Source: Thainema sp. (lineage in GTDB: Bacteria > Cyanobacteriota > Cyanobacteriia > Phormidesmidales > Phormidesmidaceae). From it: a stretch of DNA of 64,000 bases. Positions 51,320-61,059 of this stretch are shown here, one piece after another. Positions within the stretch are counted from its first letter, which is position 1. The number at the start of each line of letters is the position of its first letter. The DNA is taken from contig JBQLZK010000040.1 in assembly GCA_052168235.1 (NCBI GenBank), positions 1 through 64,000 on the forward strand, written 5' to 3'. Both the position numbers and the translations under genes were made by a program. The notes beneath the pieces were generated by a model that saw nothing but the letters and a program-made list of their open reading frames with translations, was not told the origin of the DNA and ran no database searches.

Positions 51320-51677
51320 AGTTCCTCCCGCCAGACCGGAACTGGCATTAGCTATATATAGCTTTATAGTAATGCTTTGTTTTCATCTCTGCGATCGCAC
51401 CTCAACATTCTGGTTGCGAGTTACGGATCTGCGATCGCAGTTGAAAGCTAACATTGAGGTAGCTTAATTTCTCATCATGAAAGAGAGTGGAAATTCTAGA
51501 TTTCAAGCGCTTGATGTCGGATGAGACAGTTACGGCACTGCTGGCTTCATGAAATGAGAAATTAGAAAGTGCGATCGCACTTCCTGAACGCTGCGTTTTC
51601 ATTTCATACTTTGAAGTAAAAACGTTTATGTTGTAAAGATATGAATCTACTGATTTCCTCCTACTTAACTCAATCAT

Positions 51678-52877
51678 TTAGTTTGGTTCAAATGTGTCAT
51701 CATCCTGATTCAATATATCAAGATACTCTTTATATATGTACACTTTGTTCCTGGGCTTACCCGTCACTTCAGTCACGATGCCAAGTTGCTGAAGATCTTC
51801 GATTGCGCGTTTAACAGTTGGCTTAGTTGTTCCACAGACCTCTGCAGTTTCAGGGATTCGAATTGCAATCTTTTTCTTCAGGTAGTCATAGACTGTCAAG
51901 TTTGATTGCACTGCAACTGACTGATAAATTGAGCCCTTCCTAGACTCCCCGACTACTTTCCGATCTCGTTCAAAGAGTGCCATTAGAGCACGAATTTTTT
52001 CTGTGGCTTGGTTGGCAATAGCCGTAACACCTTCAAGAAAGAATATAAGCCACTCTTCCCAATTTCCTTGAGTTCTTATTTCTTGAAGAAGGCGATAATA
52101 CTGGTTTCGGTGCTTCTTGAAATGAAGACTTACATAAAGCCACGGTCGTTCCAACACTCCTTCAGCAACAAGCATCAGTGCTATAAGCATGCGACCGACT
52201 CGACCATTACCATCAAGAAATGGGTGAATTGTCTCAAATTGTGCATGTATAAGCCCAATCTTGAGTAAAACAGGATATTCCGTGGAATGGAGGAATTTTT
52301 CAAATGCGCTAAGTATGTCTGGCAACTCGTGGGGAGGTGGTGGCACAAAAATTGCATCACTTGGCTTACTTCCCCCGATCCAGTTTTGAGAACGCCTGAA
52401 CTCTCCTGGAGCTTTTTGATCACCGCGAGTACCCCGGACAAGATGCCCATGTGATTCACGAAGCAAACGCAAGCTGAGCGGCAACGTGGAAAGTCGCTCA
52501 ATGCTGTAGTTTAATGCACTAATATAATTGGAAACTTCTTGAACATCTTCCAATACAACCCCTGGCACAGCCCGATTTTCATGAAGAAGTAAATCAGCAA
52601 TAGATGACTGAGTCCCCTCGATTTGACTCGACAATACGGCTTCCTTTCTAACATAGCTATATAGAAGTTCCTCTGGTCCCGGTAGTATTCGTCCAATCCC
52701 ATCAAGCCGCCCTAAAGCTAATCCAGCGGCTTCAAGCTGTCGCTGCAGTTTTGAATCTACCGTAATTGGCGGAATGGGAGGTAGAGGCGCAGGGATAAAT
52801 GCTGTATAGGAAGCCTCACCGTTGCCCTGTTGCACCCATTGCCCTGCCCGTTCTGACCTTTTAGTAAAGGATGACAT
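51678..52877 (-). CDS. Fic-family protein (class II) with C-terminal HTH
   Basis: HPFLDGNGRVGR catalytic motif; SSQIEG inhibitory motif; C-terminal TKPTVKRAIEDLQQLGIV. Confidence 0.95.
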   Translation of the reverse strand: MSSFTKRSERAGQWVQQGNGEASYTAFIPAPLPPIPPITVDSKLQRQLEAAGLALGRLDGIGRILPGPEELLYSYVRKEAVLSSQIEGTQSSIADLLLHENRAVPGVVLEDVQEVSNYISALNYSIERLSTLPLSLRLLRESHGHLVRGTRGDQKAPGEFRRSQNWIGGSKPSDAIFVPPPPHELPDILSAFEKFLHSTEYPVLLKIGLIHAQFETIHPFLDGNGRVGRMLIALMLVAEGVLERPWLYVSLHFKKHRNQYYRLLQEIRTQGNWEEWLIFFLEGVTAIANQATEKIRALMALFERDRKVVGESRKGSIYQSVAVQSNLTVYDYLKKKIAIRIPETAEVCGTTKPTVKRAIEDLQQLGIVTEVTGKPRNKVYIYKEYLDILNQDDDTFEPN

Positions 52878-53108
52878 ACTTACAGTTTTCTTAGTAAAGA
52901 GAGTCGACGTTTACTTTACTAAAGGGTGGAGAAAAAGTAAAGTTGGTGCTCGAAGATGTTTTGAGTTAGGAGATGTGTCTGCAAGAGTACTTCACCCAAT
53001 TACGCTCTGATGGATTTACGTTTGTTATCTCTGCACAATCGCACCCTTCAGCATCGCTCCAAGCAGGCAGGATAAAATCCTGATCTGTGCCTCAAATAGT
53101 GAAATTCA

Positions 53109-54629
53109 ATGCAGGATGCAGATGTAATTGTTATTGGTAGCGGTTTAGGCGGACTTACCGCTGCCGCATTGCTCGCTCGGTATGGTCAGCGGGTGATGGT
53201 TTGCGAGAGCCACACCATTCCCGGTGGTGCAGCGCATAGCTTTGAGCGGCAGGGTTTCGTCTTTGATTCTGGCCCCTCGTTTTACTGTGGGCTAGGTGAT
53301 GCCAAGTCCCTCAATCCGCTGCGGCAAGTGTTAGACGTATTGGGCGAAGAGATTGAAGCCATTCCCTACGATCCGCTCGGCTACTACCATTTCCCGGATG
53401 GAACGCTGCCCGTTTATGGTGATGCCCAGCAATATCGGCAAGCCATTGCCCAGTTTACGCCCCAAGGCGCAGCCGAGCTTGAACAGCTCGAACAGCAGAT
53501 GATGGCGATTTACAACGCGCTGCGAGGGATTCCGGCACTAGCCTTACGGTCAGACTGGCAGTTGATCCCAACCCTACTCACCCGCTATCCCCTGGCACTG
53601 CTGAAGCTATTGCCGCATATCGGCGCAATTCAAGGTTCCTTTGGTGACTTAGTCGAGCGCACCGTGCGCGATCCGTGGGTGCAGCGACTGCTGGATGTAG
53701 AGTGCTTTTTGCTGTCGGGCTTAAAGGCCAAAGATACCGTTGCCCCCGAAATGGCATTTATGTTTGGAGAGCGATCGCAATCTGTGGTTGACTATCCCAA
53801 AGGCGGTTCTGGTGCGATTATTGATGCCCTGGTGCGAGGTTTAGAGCGCTACGGCGGCAAGTTGAGGCTAGGAACGCACGTTGAGCGCATTTTAGTTGAA
53901 AACAATCAAGCAATGGGAGTGGAACTGCGGAACGGTGAACAGTTGCGGGCAAAAACCGTCATCTCCAACGCTACAATCTGGGACACCTACACCAAACTAT
54001 TACAGGCCGATCATTTACCGTTTAGCTACCGTCAGCAAGCGCTGCAAACTCAGCCAATTGAGAGCTTTATGCACCTGCATCTGGGCATTCGGGCAGATGG
54101 CTTATCGGATCTGGCCATTCATCACGTTGTCGTCCACGATGAGCGCGACATCACCACACCCGGTAACACTTGCATGATATCCATTCCGACGGTGCTTGAT
54201 CCTAGCTTGGCTCCCGCTGGCCATCATGTGGTTCATGCCTACACGCTGGAACCGTGGGAGGGTTGGCCAGAGCTGCGCAACGATCGAGCAGCCTATGAAG
54301 AACGAAAACGCGATCGCACATCTACCCTCTTTCGCGCCGTTGAAAAAGTGATTCCTGATATCCGCGATCGCATTGTTCTCGAACTTACTGGCTCACCTCT
54401 CACCCATGCTCGCTTTCTACGACGACATCAGGGCACCTATGGACCAGCGATCTCCGCGAAAGAAGGCATGTTTCCCAGTTGCCACACTCCGATTCAAAAC
54501 TTATATCGCGTTGGAGATAGCACAATACCCGGAATTGGCGTCCCAGCCGTCGTCGCCTCCGGGATTTTGTGTGCAAATACGTTGGTTAGACCAGAGGAAA
54601 CGATGAATCTACTCAAGCATTGGGACTAA
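53109..54629 (+). CDS. FAD-dependent oxidoreductase, CrtH/CrtI-like (COG1233)
   Basis: VIGSGLGGL, FDSGPS, YPKGG, GTYGP, VGDSTIPGIGVPAV. Confidence 0.88.
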   Translation: MQDADVIVIGSGLGGLTAAALLARYGQRVMVCESHTIPGGAAHSFERQGFVFDSGPSFYCGLGDAKSLNPLRQVLDVLGEEIEAIPYDPLGYYHFPDGTLPVYGDAQQYRQAIAQFTPQGAAELEQLEQQMMAIYNALRGIPALALRSDWQLIPTLLTRYPLALLKLLPHIGAIQGSFGDLVERTVRDPWVQRLLDVECFLLSGLKAKDTVAPEMAFMFGERSQSVVDYPKGGSGAIIDALVRGLERYGGKLRLGTHVERILVENNQAMGVELRNGEQLRAKTVISNATIWDTYTKLLQADHLPFSYRQQALQTQPIESFMHLHLGIRADGLSDLAIHHVVVHDERDITTPGNTCMISIPTVLDPSLAPAGHHVVHAYTLEPWEGWPELRNDRAAYEERKRDRTSTLFRAVEKVIPDIRDRIVLELTGSPLTHARFLRRHQGTYGPAISAKEGMFPSCHTPIQNLYRVGDSTIPGIGVPAVVASGILCANTLVRPEETMNLLKHWD

Positions 54630-54682
54630 TTATTGAGCGATGAGTAGGTTGAACGTGATTGGTTGAGACAAAATCCATTTAG

Positions 54683-54951
54683 TGGGGGCGCTTGCCCACA
54701 CACCCCCGCTGGGAGACAGTTGCGTCCCCCAGCCCCCCCTCCCAAAAAGCTAACGTGTTGAGCATCAACAGCATTCTGTTGGGTCTACGGGTTTGGCGTT
54801 CCGCCAAACCCAAGAAAGTCATAACAAGCAACCTCCGATCCACCCCAGCAAAGCGAAGCGACTTATCACGACTTACCGATCACCTCATCCGGGGGGGCCT
54901 GGGGCGTCGGAACGCACCAGTGGGGGAGCCTGAGGGGGCTAGTCCCCTCAG
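54683..54951. repeat. Pair of GC-rich double-hairpin repeats in inverted orientation
   Basis: GGGGGCGCTTGCCCACACACCCCCGCTGGGAGAC..GTCCCCCAGCCCCCC and GGGGGGGCCTGGGGCGTC..CCAGTGGGGGAGCCTGAGGGGGCTAGTCCCCTCAG. Confidence 0.55.
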
Positions 54952-55048
54952 AACCAACCTCCAACACCTACAACCAACCTTCAACACCTAAAACCAACCC
55001 AAAAACCCCACAGCCAACCCAAAAAACAAAACCAAAAGAAAACCGCTA

Positions 55049-55738
55049 CTACTCACCCCCCACACCAAACCGATACCCCTTCCCATACACCGTATGAATC
55101 AACGCCGCCTCCTGCTTCTGCTCAACCTTCCGCCGCAAAAGCCGAATCTGCGCCGCCAGCACATTACTACTTGGCTGCGCCTGCTGCCCCCACAAATGCT
55201 CCTGAATCTGCTGATGCGTCAGCAACTGATTGGGATGCCGCATGAAATACTCCAGTAGCTGCGCCTCCTTCTCCGATAGCTCAATCGTGCGATCGCACCG
55301 ATAAGCCACCTGATTCGCCAAATCCAACTCCAAATCATCCAGCTTCAATCGAGCAGACGGGCGAGCCGCCTCCAGCGTTGGCGGACGCCGCAACAGCGCC
55401 CGCACCCGCGCCAATAGCTCCCGCAGCTCAAACGGCTTCACCAGATAATCATCCGCACCCGCATCCAGCCCCAGCACCCGATCATCCAACGTATCTTTTG
55501 CCGTCAGAAACAAAACGGGCGTAATATTGCCCTGCGATCGCAACCCCTGGCAAATCTCCAACCCCGACTGCCCCGGCAGCATCCAGTCCAAAATCAGCAG
55601 ATCATACTCCTGATCCTGAGCCAATTCACTGCCGCGATCGCCATCGTGACTGACATCCACCTGATAGCCCTCCTGCCGCAGCAAGCGGCTCAGCGGATCG
55701 GTCAGCTCAACTTCATCATCAACCAGCAAAATTCGCAT
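55049..55738 (-). CDS. rppA: OmpR-family response regulator, RppA-like
   Basis: MRILLVDDEVELTDPL, LILDWMLPG, FLTAKD, KPF, SNVLAAQIRLLRRK, TVYGKGY. Confidence 0.75.
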   Translation of the reverse strand: MRILLVDDEVELTDPLSRLLRQEGYQVDVSHDGDRGSELAQDQEYDLLILDWMLPGQSGLEICQGLRSQGNITPVLFLTAKDTLDDRVLGLDAGADDYLVKPFELRELLARVRALLRRPPTLEAARPSARLKLDDLELDLANQVAYRCDRTIELSEKEAQLLEYFMRHPNQLLTHQQIQEHLWGQQAQPSSNVLAAQIRLLRRKVEQKQEAALIHTVYGKGYRFGVGGE

Positions 55739-55755
55739 AGGTGGAATTTTGAAAC

Positions 55756-56847
55756 CTAATCTTTCAAGAACGCCACTAGCTGCTCAACCTTCTGCCAAGC
55801 CGCACCACTCTGGAGAATTTCCCGCGCTTTCGTGATGCCTTGAGCATAGGTATCAACCGAGGCCAGATCACCTGCGATCGCACCACCAACCGCCAGCGCT
55901 AAAGCCGCATTCAGTGCCACCACATCCTGCTGCGCCGTCGTACCCTGACCTTGCAACACCGCTTTCAAAATCGCCACGTTTTCTTCAACCTCACCACCGC
56001 GCAGGGCAGACGTAGGAGCAGCCGTTAAACCCAAGGCAACAGGATCTAACGCAACCGTTTGCACCGTCCCTGCACTGGAAACCGCCAAATCCGTCTTGTC
56101 CGCCAAACCCGCTTCATCCAGCTTCTCGCGACCGTGCAGCACAATCGCCCGCTCAATGCCCAACTGCGCCAGCGCCGACGCCATCGGTTCAATCACACTT
56201 GGATCGAAAACCCCAATCACCTGCCCCGTTGGACGCAGCGGATTCACCAACGGGCCTAGCAAATTAAAGACCGTGCGCACCTTCAGCGTGCTGCGAATCG
56301 GCGCAACTGACTTCATCGCCGGATGCCAGCCCCGCGCAAACAAAAACGTCACGCCCACTTCCTTGACGGCAGCCTTAGCCTTCTCAGGATCAGCCGCCAA
56401 ATTAACGCCCAGCGCTTCCAAAACGTCTGCCGAGCCAACTTTACTCGAAGCCGAGCGATTGCCATGCTTGGCCACAGCCACACCTGCTGCCGCCGCCACA
56501 AACGCCACAGCCGTCGAAATATTGAAGGTAGACGCCCCATCGCCTCCCGTACCGCAGGTATCGATCATCGGTGTGGGCAATGACGGATCGGCAGTTTCGC
56601 CACCCAGAGACTGGGACTGGAGCACCCGCGCCATCCCCGCCAACTCGCCAGCCGACACCCCTTTGGCCTGAAGCGCCGCCAAAATCGCACCGGACAAAAC
56701 GGGTGAAATTGACTCCGTTAGCCAGCCCTGCATCAGGTCTTCAGCCTGCGCTTCAGATAAGGATTGGCGATCGAGCAGTTGCTGAAGCAGTCCGGACCAG
56801 TTGTAGGTTACCCAGTCTTGTATCGTTGCTTGTGTCGTTTGTACCAC
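55756..56847 (-). CDS. trpD: Anthranilate phosphoribosyltransferase
   Basis: [47 protein letters not shown] start 9 nt after GGAGG. Confidence 0.97.
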   Translation of the reverse strand: MVQTTQATIQDWVTYNWSGLLQQLLDRQSLSEAQAEDLMQGWLTESISPVLSGAILAALQAKGVSAGELAGMARVLQSQSLGGETADPSLPTPMIDTCGTGGDGASTFNISTAVAFVAAAAGVAVAKHGNRSASSKVGSADVLEALGVNLAADPEKAKAAVKEVGVTFLFARGWHPAMKSVAPIRSTLKVRTVFNLLGPLVNPLRPTGQVIGVFDPSVIEPMASALAQLGIERAIVLHGREKLDEAGLADKTDLAVSSAGTVQTVALDPVALGLTAAPTSALRGGEVEENVAILKAVLQGQGTTAQQDVVALNAALALAVGGAIAGDLASVDTYAQGITKAREILQSGAAWQKVEQLVAFLKD

Positions 56848-57121
56848 TCGAACCATCCTCCAACGTGAGAGCCGCATCAAATCCTGAAAATAGCAAACTC
56901 TGGGGCGGATGGATAGGTGTGGGGGAGGGGAGGGAGAGACGTGAGGCGAGAGGCGTAAGGAGTTTAGTGTGTGAGGCTCTAGAGGCCGTAAAGGTCTGTA
57001 AAGGGAGTTAGTGGGAAGGTATGATGAAGCGCTTGAAAACGCTTACGCTTCACTCCTCTCGCCTCACATCTTCCCAAAGAATGCTTTACATTTTGCAACA
57101 CAACTTTATAGAATGCAATAC

Positions 57122-57203
57122 ACAGGAGTTGATGAATCGCAACAGCTCCAAGCAATGCACAACTACAGATGGTTAGAGGAGTCTTGTTTAAGACTCCTTT
57201 TTT
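57122..57203 (+). ncRNA. Candidate ~82-nt small RNA
   Basis: TTTACA-N18-TAGAAT promoter; 5' stem GGAGTTG/CAGCTCC; terminator AGGAGTCTT-GTTT-AAGACTCC-T6. Confidence 0.55.
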
Positions 57204-57261
57204 CTTGGGCTTGTTATTAGGCTATTAATTGACGTGGCTGATTGACGTGGCGAATGGCAGT

Positions 57262-57480
57262 CTAGCTGTGGTGATCGTCTAGGCTGCGATAAAGCTGTAG
57301 GCTCATGGTGGCGGATAGGCAAGCTGCGATCGCACTATTCCATTCCATGAGTGATTGGCATGTCCAGAACAGGACAACGCCAAACAGAGTTACCAGACCA
57401 ACGGGAGACACTACAAACTCCAGGAATTCGAGTATCCCTAAAAAACCGGCCAGTAGAGTCATCGCGCTGCTGTTTGTCAT
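57262..57480 (-). CDS. Small hydrophobic hypothetical protein
   Basis: 72 aa, mostly TM-like, contains HIP1. Confidence 0.55.
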   Translation of the reverse strand: MTNSSAMTLLAGFLGILEFLEFVVSPVGLVTLFGVVLFWTCQSLMEWNSAIAACLSATMSLQLYRSLDDHHS

Positions 57481-57868
57481 AATGTAAACTTTGTTTTTTC
57501 TAATCTTGCAAAATAGTTTGCCCTATGCCTGTATCAATTGCTTCAGAAAAAAACTCTTCCATTTCTGATCAGATTTGTGAGCAAAGCCAAAATCGTCAAT
57601 CAGAAACTCCTAGCCGTTTTGTTTCTTATCTAATGAAATGCTGACTTTAACAGCGGTTTGTGCCCACTATCAGGAGGCGTAAACTGGGGCACTGGTACTG
57701 CTAATTTTTGTTGCTGGATTTAAATTGCCCAAAGTTGAACAGAATTCACCAAGCCGACATCTGTATGTACAGATCGGTGAGTTATCCAATTGGTGGTGTA
57801 CGAGGTCTCGCTCGATATCCAATGCGCTACGCTGACGCTAGCGAGTCCTACGGAACAAGCGATTGGCA

Positions 57869-59092
57869 ATGGCTCATCTTTTATTGCTGACTGAACGATT
57901 TCCGCCTGATATTGGGGGAGTGGCCCGCAGCGCGGGACGCATCGCAGCCTCCCTGTCTCAACTGGCAGTCCCCCAACTCCAGTCCAGCCCATCGTCCCTG
58001 CGCGTGACCGTTCTGACCTGGAGCCGCTACCTATCACCGGGAGAACTTGCGCCGCCGGAGGTGCTTGAGACATCACAGGTCACGGTGTATCGGCTGGGGC
58101 TATATCGTCACTGGGATATGACGCTGCCGCAAACGCTGAATGTGTTAGACGGCCTATTTGGGGCTCCAGACCCACCGACGCTGATCTGGGGGCACTATCT
58201 GTTTCCAGCGGGTTTTGTGGCCGCATATTACGGAAAACTGAGGGGCTTGTCGTCCGTCGTCAGCGCCCGTGGCAACGACATCGACCGCGCCATGTTTCCT
58301 CCCGGTGATTTTGCCCGCTTGCAGTGGACGCTGACCCATGCGTCGGTTGTGACGGCTGTGAGCCAAGATATGGTGCGTAAAATCGACATTCTGAGCGGCT
58401 GTCCGGCACAACTGCATCACAATGTCGTGGATACGCAGATCTTTCAGATGGCTCCAACTTCGGATCAAGCGGTGCAGTCCAGAGCCGAGTTGAAAGCCGA
58501 GTTGGGCATTGAGCCACAGGAGTGCGTCTTAGGCTTTTCCGGCGAACTGCGGGAGAAAAAAGGCCAACAGTTTTTGCTCCAGGCATTGTTACAGGTGCAG
58601 ACGGTGCAACCCGCGTGCTTGCTGATTATCGGCAGGCTGCGCACCGAAAGCCAGACCCTGCTGCAAACCTTTCGCAGTCAGGATCCCGCTGCGGCGGAGC
58701 GAATTATCGTCACCGATCATCTGGAAGGGCCAGAACAAGTTGCTCAGCATTTACAGATCTGCGATATTTATCTGCAACCGTCTCTCTGGGAGGGAATGCC
58801 CAATGCGCTGTTGGAGGCGATGGCTTGCGGTTGTGTCTGTATTGCCAGCGATGCAGGCGGAATTCCGGAAGTATTGACATCCGGTCAGCAGGGATTTATT
58901 CTGCCGCGCAGTCAGCTCCATCGGCTGGGTGATGCGGTGCTGGATGTATTGACTTTGGCCAATGCTGAACGAGAACAAATTGGATGCAATGCGCGATCGC
59001 ACATTTGTCAGCATTATTCTCTGGCTCACGAACGGGACTTCCTTAAACATTTGCTGAGCCAGTCCTGTTTTAGCGCGGCCATCGGTGAATAA
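57869..59092 (+). CDS. GT4 glycosyltransferase
   Basis: FPPDIGGV, KKGQ, PSLWEGMPNALLEAMACG, DAGGIPE. Confidence 0.92.
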   Translation: MAHLLLLTERFPPDIGGVARSAGRIAASLSQLAVPQLQSSPSSLRVTVLTWSRYLSPGELAPPEVLETSQVTVYRLGLYRHWDMTLPQTLNVLDGLFGAPDPPTLIWGHYLFPAGFVAAYYGKLRGLSSVVSARGNDIDRAMFPPGDFARLQWTLTHASVVTAVSQDMVRKIDILSGCPAQLHHNVVDTQIFQMAPTSDQAVQSRAELKAELGIEPQECVLGFSGELREKKGQQFLLQALLQVQTVQPACLLIIGRLRTESQTLLQTFRSQDPAAAERIIVTDHLEGPEQVAQHLQICDIYLQPSLWEGMPNALLEAMACGCVCIASDAGGIPEVLTSGQQGFILPRSQLHRLGDAVLDVLTLANAEREQIGCNARSHICQHYSLAHERDFLKHLLSQSCFSAAIGE

Positions 59093-59124
59093 TTTTGGAG
59101 CAGGCGTTCGGCCAGATTAAGCCG

Positions 59125-59350
59125 TGCCGCTTCAGATGAGCTTAAGATGAATAGTCAACAAAGTTTTTTGTCGAGACGGCGGGATACAGACTGAAGAAAC
59201 TACACTGGGTTTGAGTTCTTGGCGCATCAACTTGAAGTAAGTTCACGTCTTGCACCCCAACCTGAAGCGGTTATTGCGCTGCCAAACACGGTGGTACCGT
59301 AACCCTTTTGGGTTCCGAGTTGGCAAGGTGCGAGATATGAGGCAGCAACC
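59125..59350 (+). ncRNA. ssrS: Probable 6S RNA (5' end uncertain, ~59125 or ~59155)
   Basis: Rod fold: CACTGGGTTTG(59203-59213)/CAAACACGGTG(59283-59293), GCGCA/TGCGC, A-rich central bubble opposite ACC..AACCC-TTTT-GGGTT, CGGGAT/GTTCCG, outer TGCCGCTTCAGAT/ATATGAGGCAGCA; G-U pairs favour + strand. Confidence 0.7.
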
Positions 59351-59384
59351 ATCATTTTGCATATTGAGAGAAGGAACCAAGGAT

Positions 59385-61019
59385 ATGTCAGCGGCGATAG
59401 CACAGCCGATTGCAACCCAGATTGTGGCCGTCACGGTTTATCGCGATCGCGCCCTGATTCAGCGACGGGGAACGGTTACGTGGCACGATGCCAATACGAT
59501 TGTTGAAGTGGCGGGATTACCTCCCATGCTTCAGTCGGACTCAATACGAGTCGGCGTGATCAGCGATCAGGTGCAGATCCGGGAAGTGCAAGTGTCTCCT
59601 GCCCAGCCGCCCAAACCAGAACCGGCGAAGCTTCAGCAAATCCGACAGGACATTCAAGCGCTACAGCAGCAGCGGCAGCAGACCGCTGATCAGCTCAGCA
59701 CGCTCAAGCTGCAGCAGAACTTTGTGATCGAGCTAGGTCAGAGCGCCATTCAGCCGTTTGCCCAGAGTTTGGCGCGGCAGCAAACGGATTTGCCGCAAGC
59801 TCAGGCGTTTCTGGATTTTGTGACTGAACGTCATCAGTCCTGTACGGCGAATATCACTGAACTGGAGCAAACCCATCAGTCCCTCTGCGATCGCATTCAA
59901 GTTCTTGAACAGCAGCTGAAGGATTACAACACGCCAGCGCTCGCCAAAGGGTTTCGCCTGCTGGTTCATCTCGCTGCCACCGAGTCCGGTTCCTGCGAAC
60001 TAGAGCTGTCCTACTTGGTGAATCAAGCCAGTTGGGAACCGTGCTACGACCTGTGCCTCACGCCGGATCATCAGATCCAAATCACCTACTTTGGCGAGGT
60101 GACGCAAACCAGCGGCGAAGACTGGAGCAATGTGGCGATGCAGTTTTCCACCGCCAAGCCAGAAGAGGGTAATTTGCCACCTGCGATCGCACCGTGGTCG
60201 ATTGATATTGCGCCATCGTCCGCCGTCGCCAGAGCCGCAGAAGTTGAAACCAGCTTGCCGCTGCCCTACAACATGTCGCTGGCGGGCGCGGCGGGTAGCG
60301 AACTGCCCAGTGCCCTACGGCGGGTGCAAGCCCAAGCGCAAGCCGCTCAAAAAACGGAATGGCAGGGGATGGTTTGTTTTCCGGTTGCTCATCGCTGTAC
60401 GGTGCCGAGCGACGGAAACTCGCATAAAGTGGTGATTCTCCAGGATCAGTATCCCTGTCAGCTCAACTATCTGGCACAGCCGAAACAGGTGGGCTTTGCC
60501 TACACCCATGCTCAGGTGATGAATCCGCTGGAGCGGCTGCCGCTGCTGCCCGGAAAGGTGAATCTATTTCGGGGCAATACATTTGTTGGCTCAACTGCGA
60601 TCGCAGCCCTGCTGCCGGGACAGGCGGTTGATCTCAGCCTTGGTGTGGATGACCGGATCACGCTCCAGCGAACGCAAGTTCAGCGAGAACTGGAGCCACA
60701 TCATAGTGATCCTCGGCAGCGACTGACGTTGGCCTATCGCATCAGCCTCACCAACCACCATGCCCAGGCTGTGCAGGTCACTGTTCAAGAACCGATGCCA
60801 GTCAGCAAAAACGATCAGGTTACGGTACACCTGGTTAGCACCAATCCGCCTGTGAACCCTGCGTCATCGACGCATGCTGCCAAGCTGCTGTCTTGGACGG
60901 TTGACGTTGCAGCCGAATCGACACAGGAACTGTTTTACCAGTTCACGGTTGATTGTCCTACCAATTTATCCCTCACCGAGTGTTCGGCCAGTCTGTCGTT
61001 AACCGGTTTAGATGGGTAG
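59385..61019 (+). CDS. MuiA-family DUF4140/DUF4139 protein
   Basis: VTVYRDRALIQRRG, LSYLVNQASWEPCYDL, QTSGEDWSNV..STAKP, LSLGVD. Confidence 0.9.
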   Translation: MSAAIAQPIATQIVAVTVYRDRALIQRRGTVTWHDANTIVEVAGLPPMLQSDSIRVGVISDQVQIREVQVSPAQPPKPEPAKLQQIRQDIQALQQQRQQTADQLSTLKLQQNFVIELGQSAIQPFAQSLARQQTDLPQAQAFLDFVTERHQSCTANITELEQTHQSLCDRIQVLEQQLKDYNTPALAKGFRLLVHLAATESGSCELELSYLVNQASWEPCYDLCLTPDHQIQITYFGEVTQTSGEDWSNVAMQFSTAKPEEGNLPPAIAPWSIDIAPSSAVARAAEVETSLPLPYNMSLAGAAGSELPSALRRVQAQAQAAQKTEWQGMVCFPVAHRCTVPSDGNSHKVVILQDQYPCQLNYLAQPKQVGFAYTHAQVMNPLERLPLLPGKVNLFRGNTFVGSTAIAALLPGQAVDLSLGVDDRITLQRTQVQRELEPHHSDPRQRLTLAYRISLTNHHAQAVQVTVQEPMPVSKNDQVTVHLVSTNPPVNPASSTHAAKLLSWTVDVAAESTQELFYQFTVDCPTNLSLTECSASLSLTGLDG

Positions 61020-61059
61020 GATTAAAAGTAATCCCCTCTAGTGATACCGTGCGACAGCA

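Noticed and set aside
51402..51677. 91-aa ORF after Fic as antitoxin
   Set aside because: No recognisable motif, crosses clustered HIP1 sites, and Fic already has an internal inhibitory motif
54692..54991. 99-aa ORF
   Set aside because: Made of repeat hairpins and low-complexity DNA
59261..59300. CTGAAG..CAAAC as hammerhead ribozyme core
   Set aside because: Lacks CUGANGA and GAAA; a 6S-type fold explains the region better
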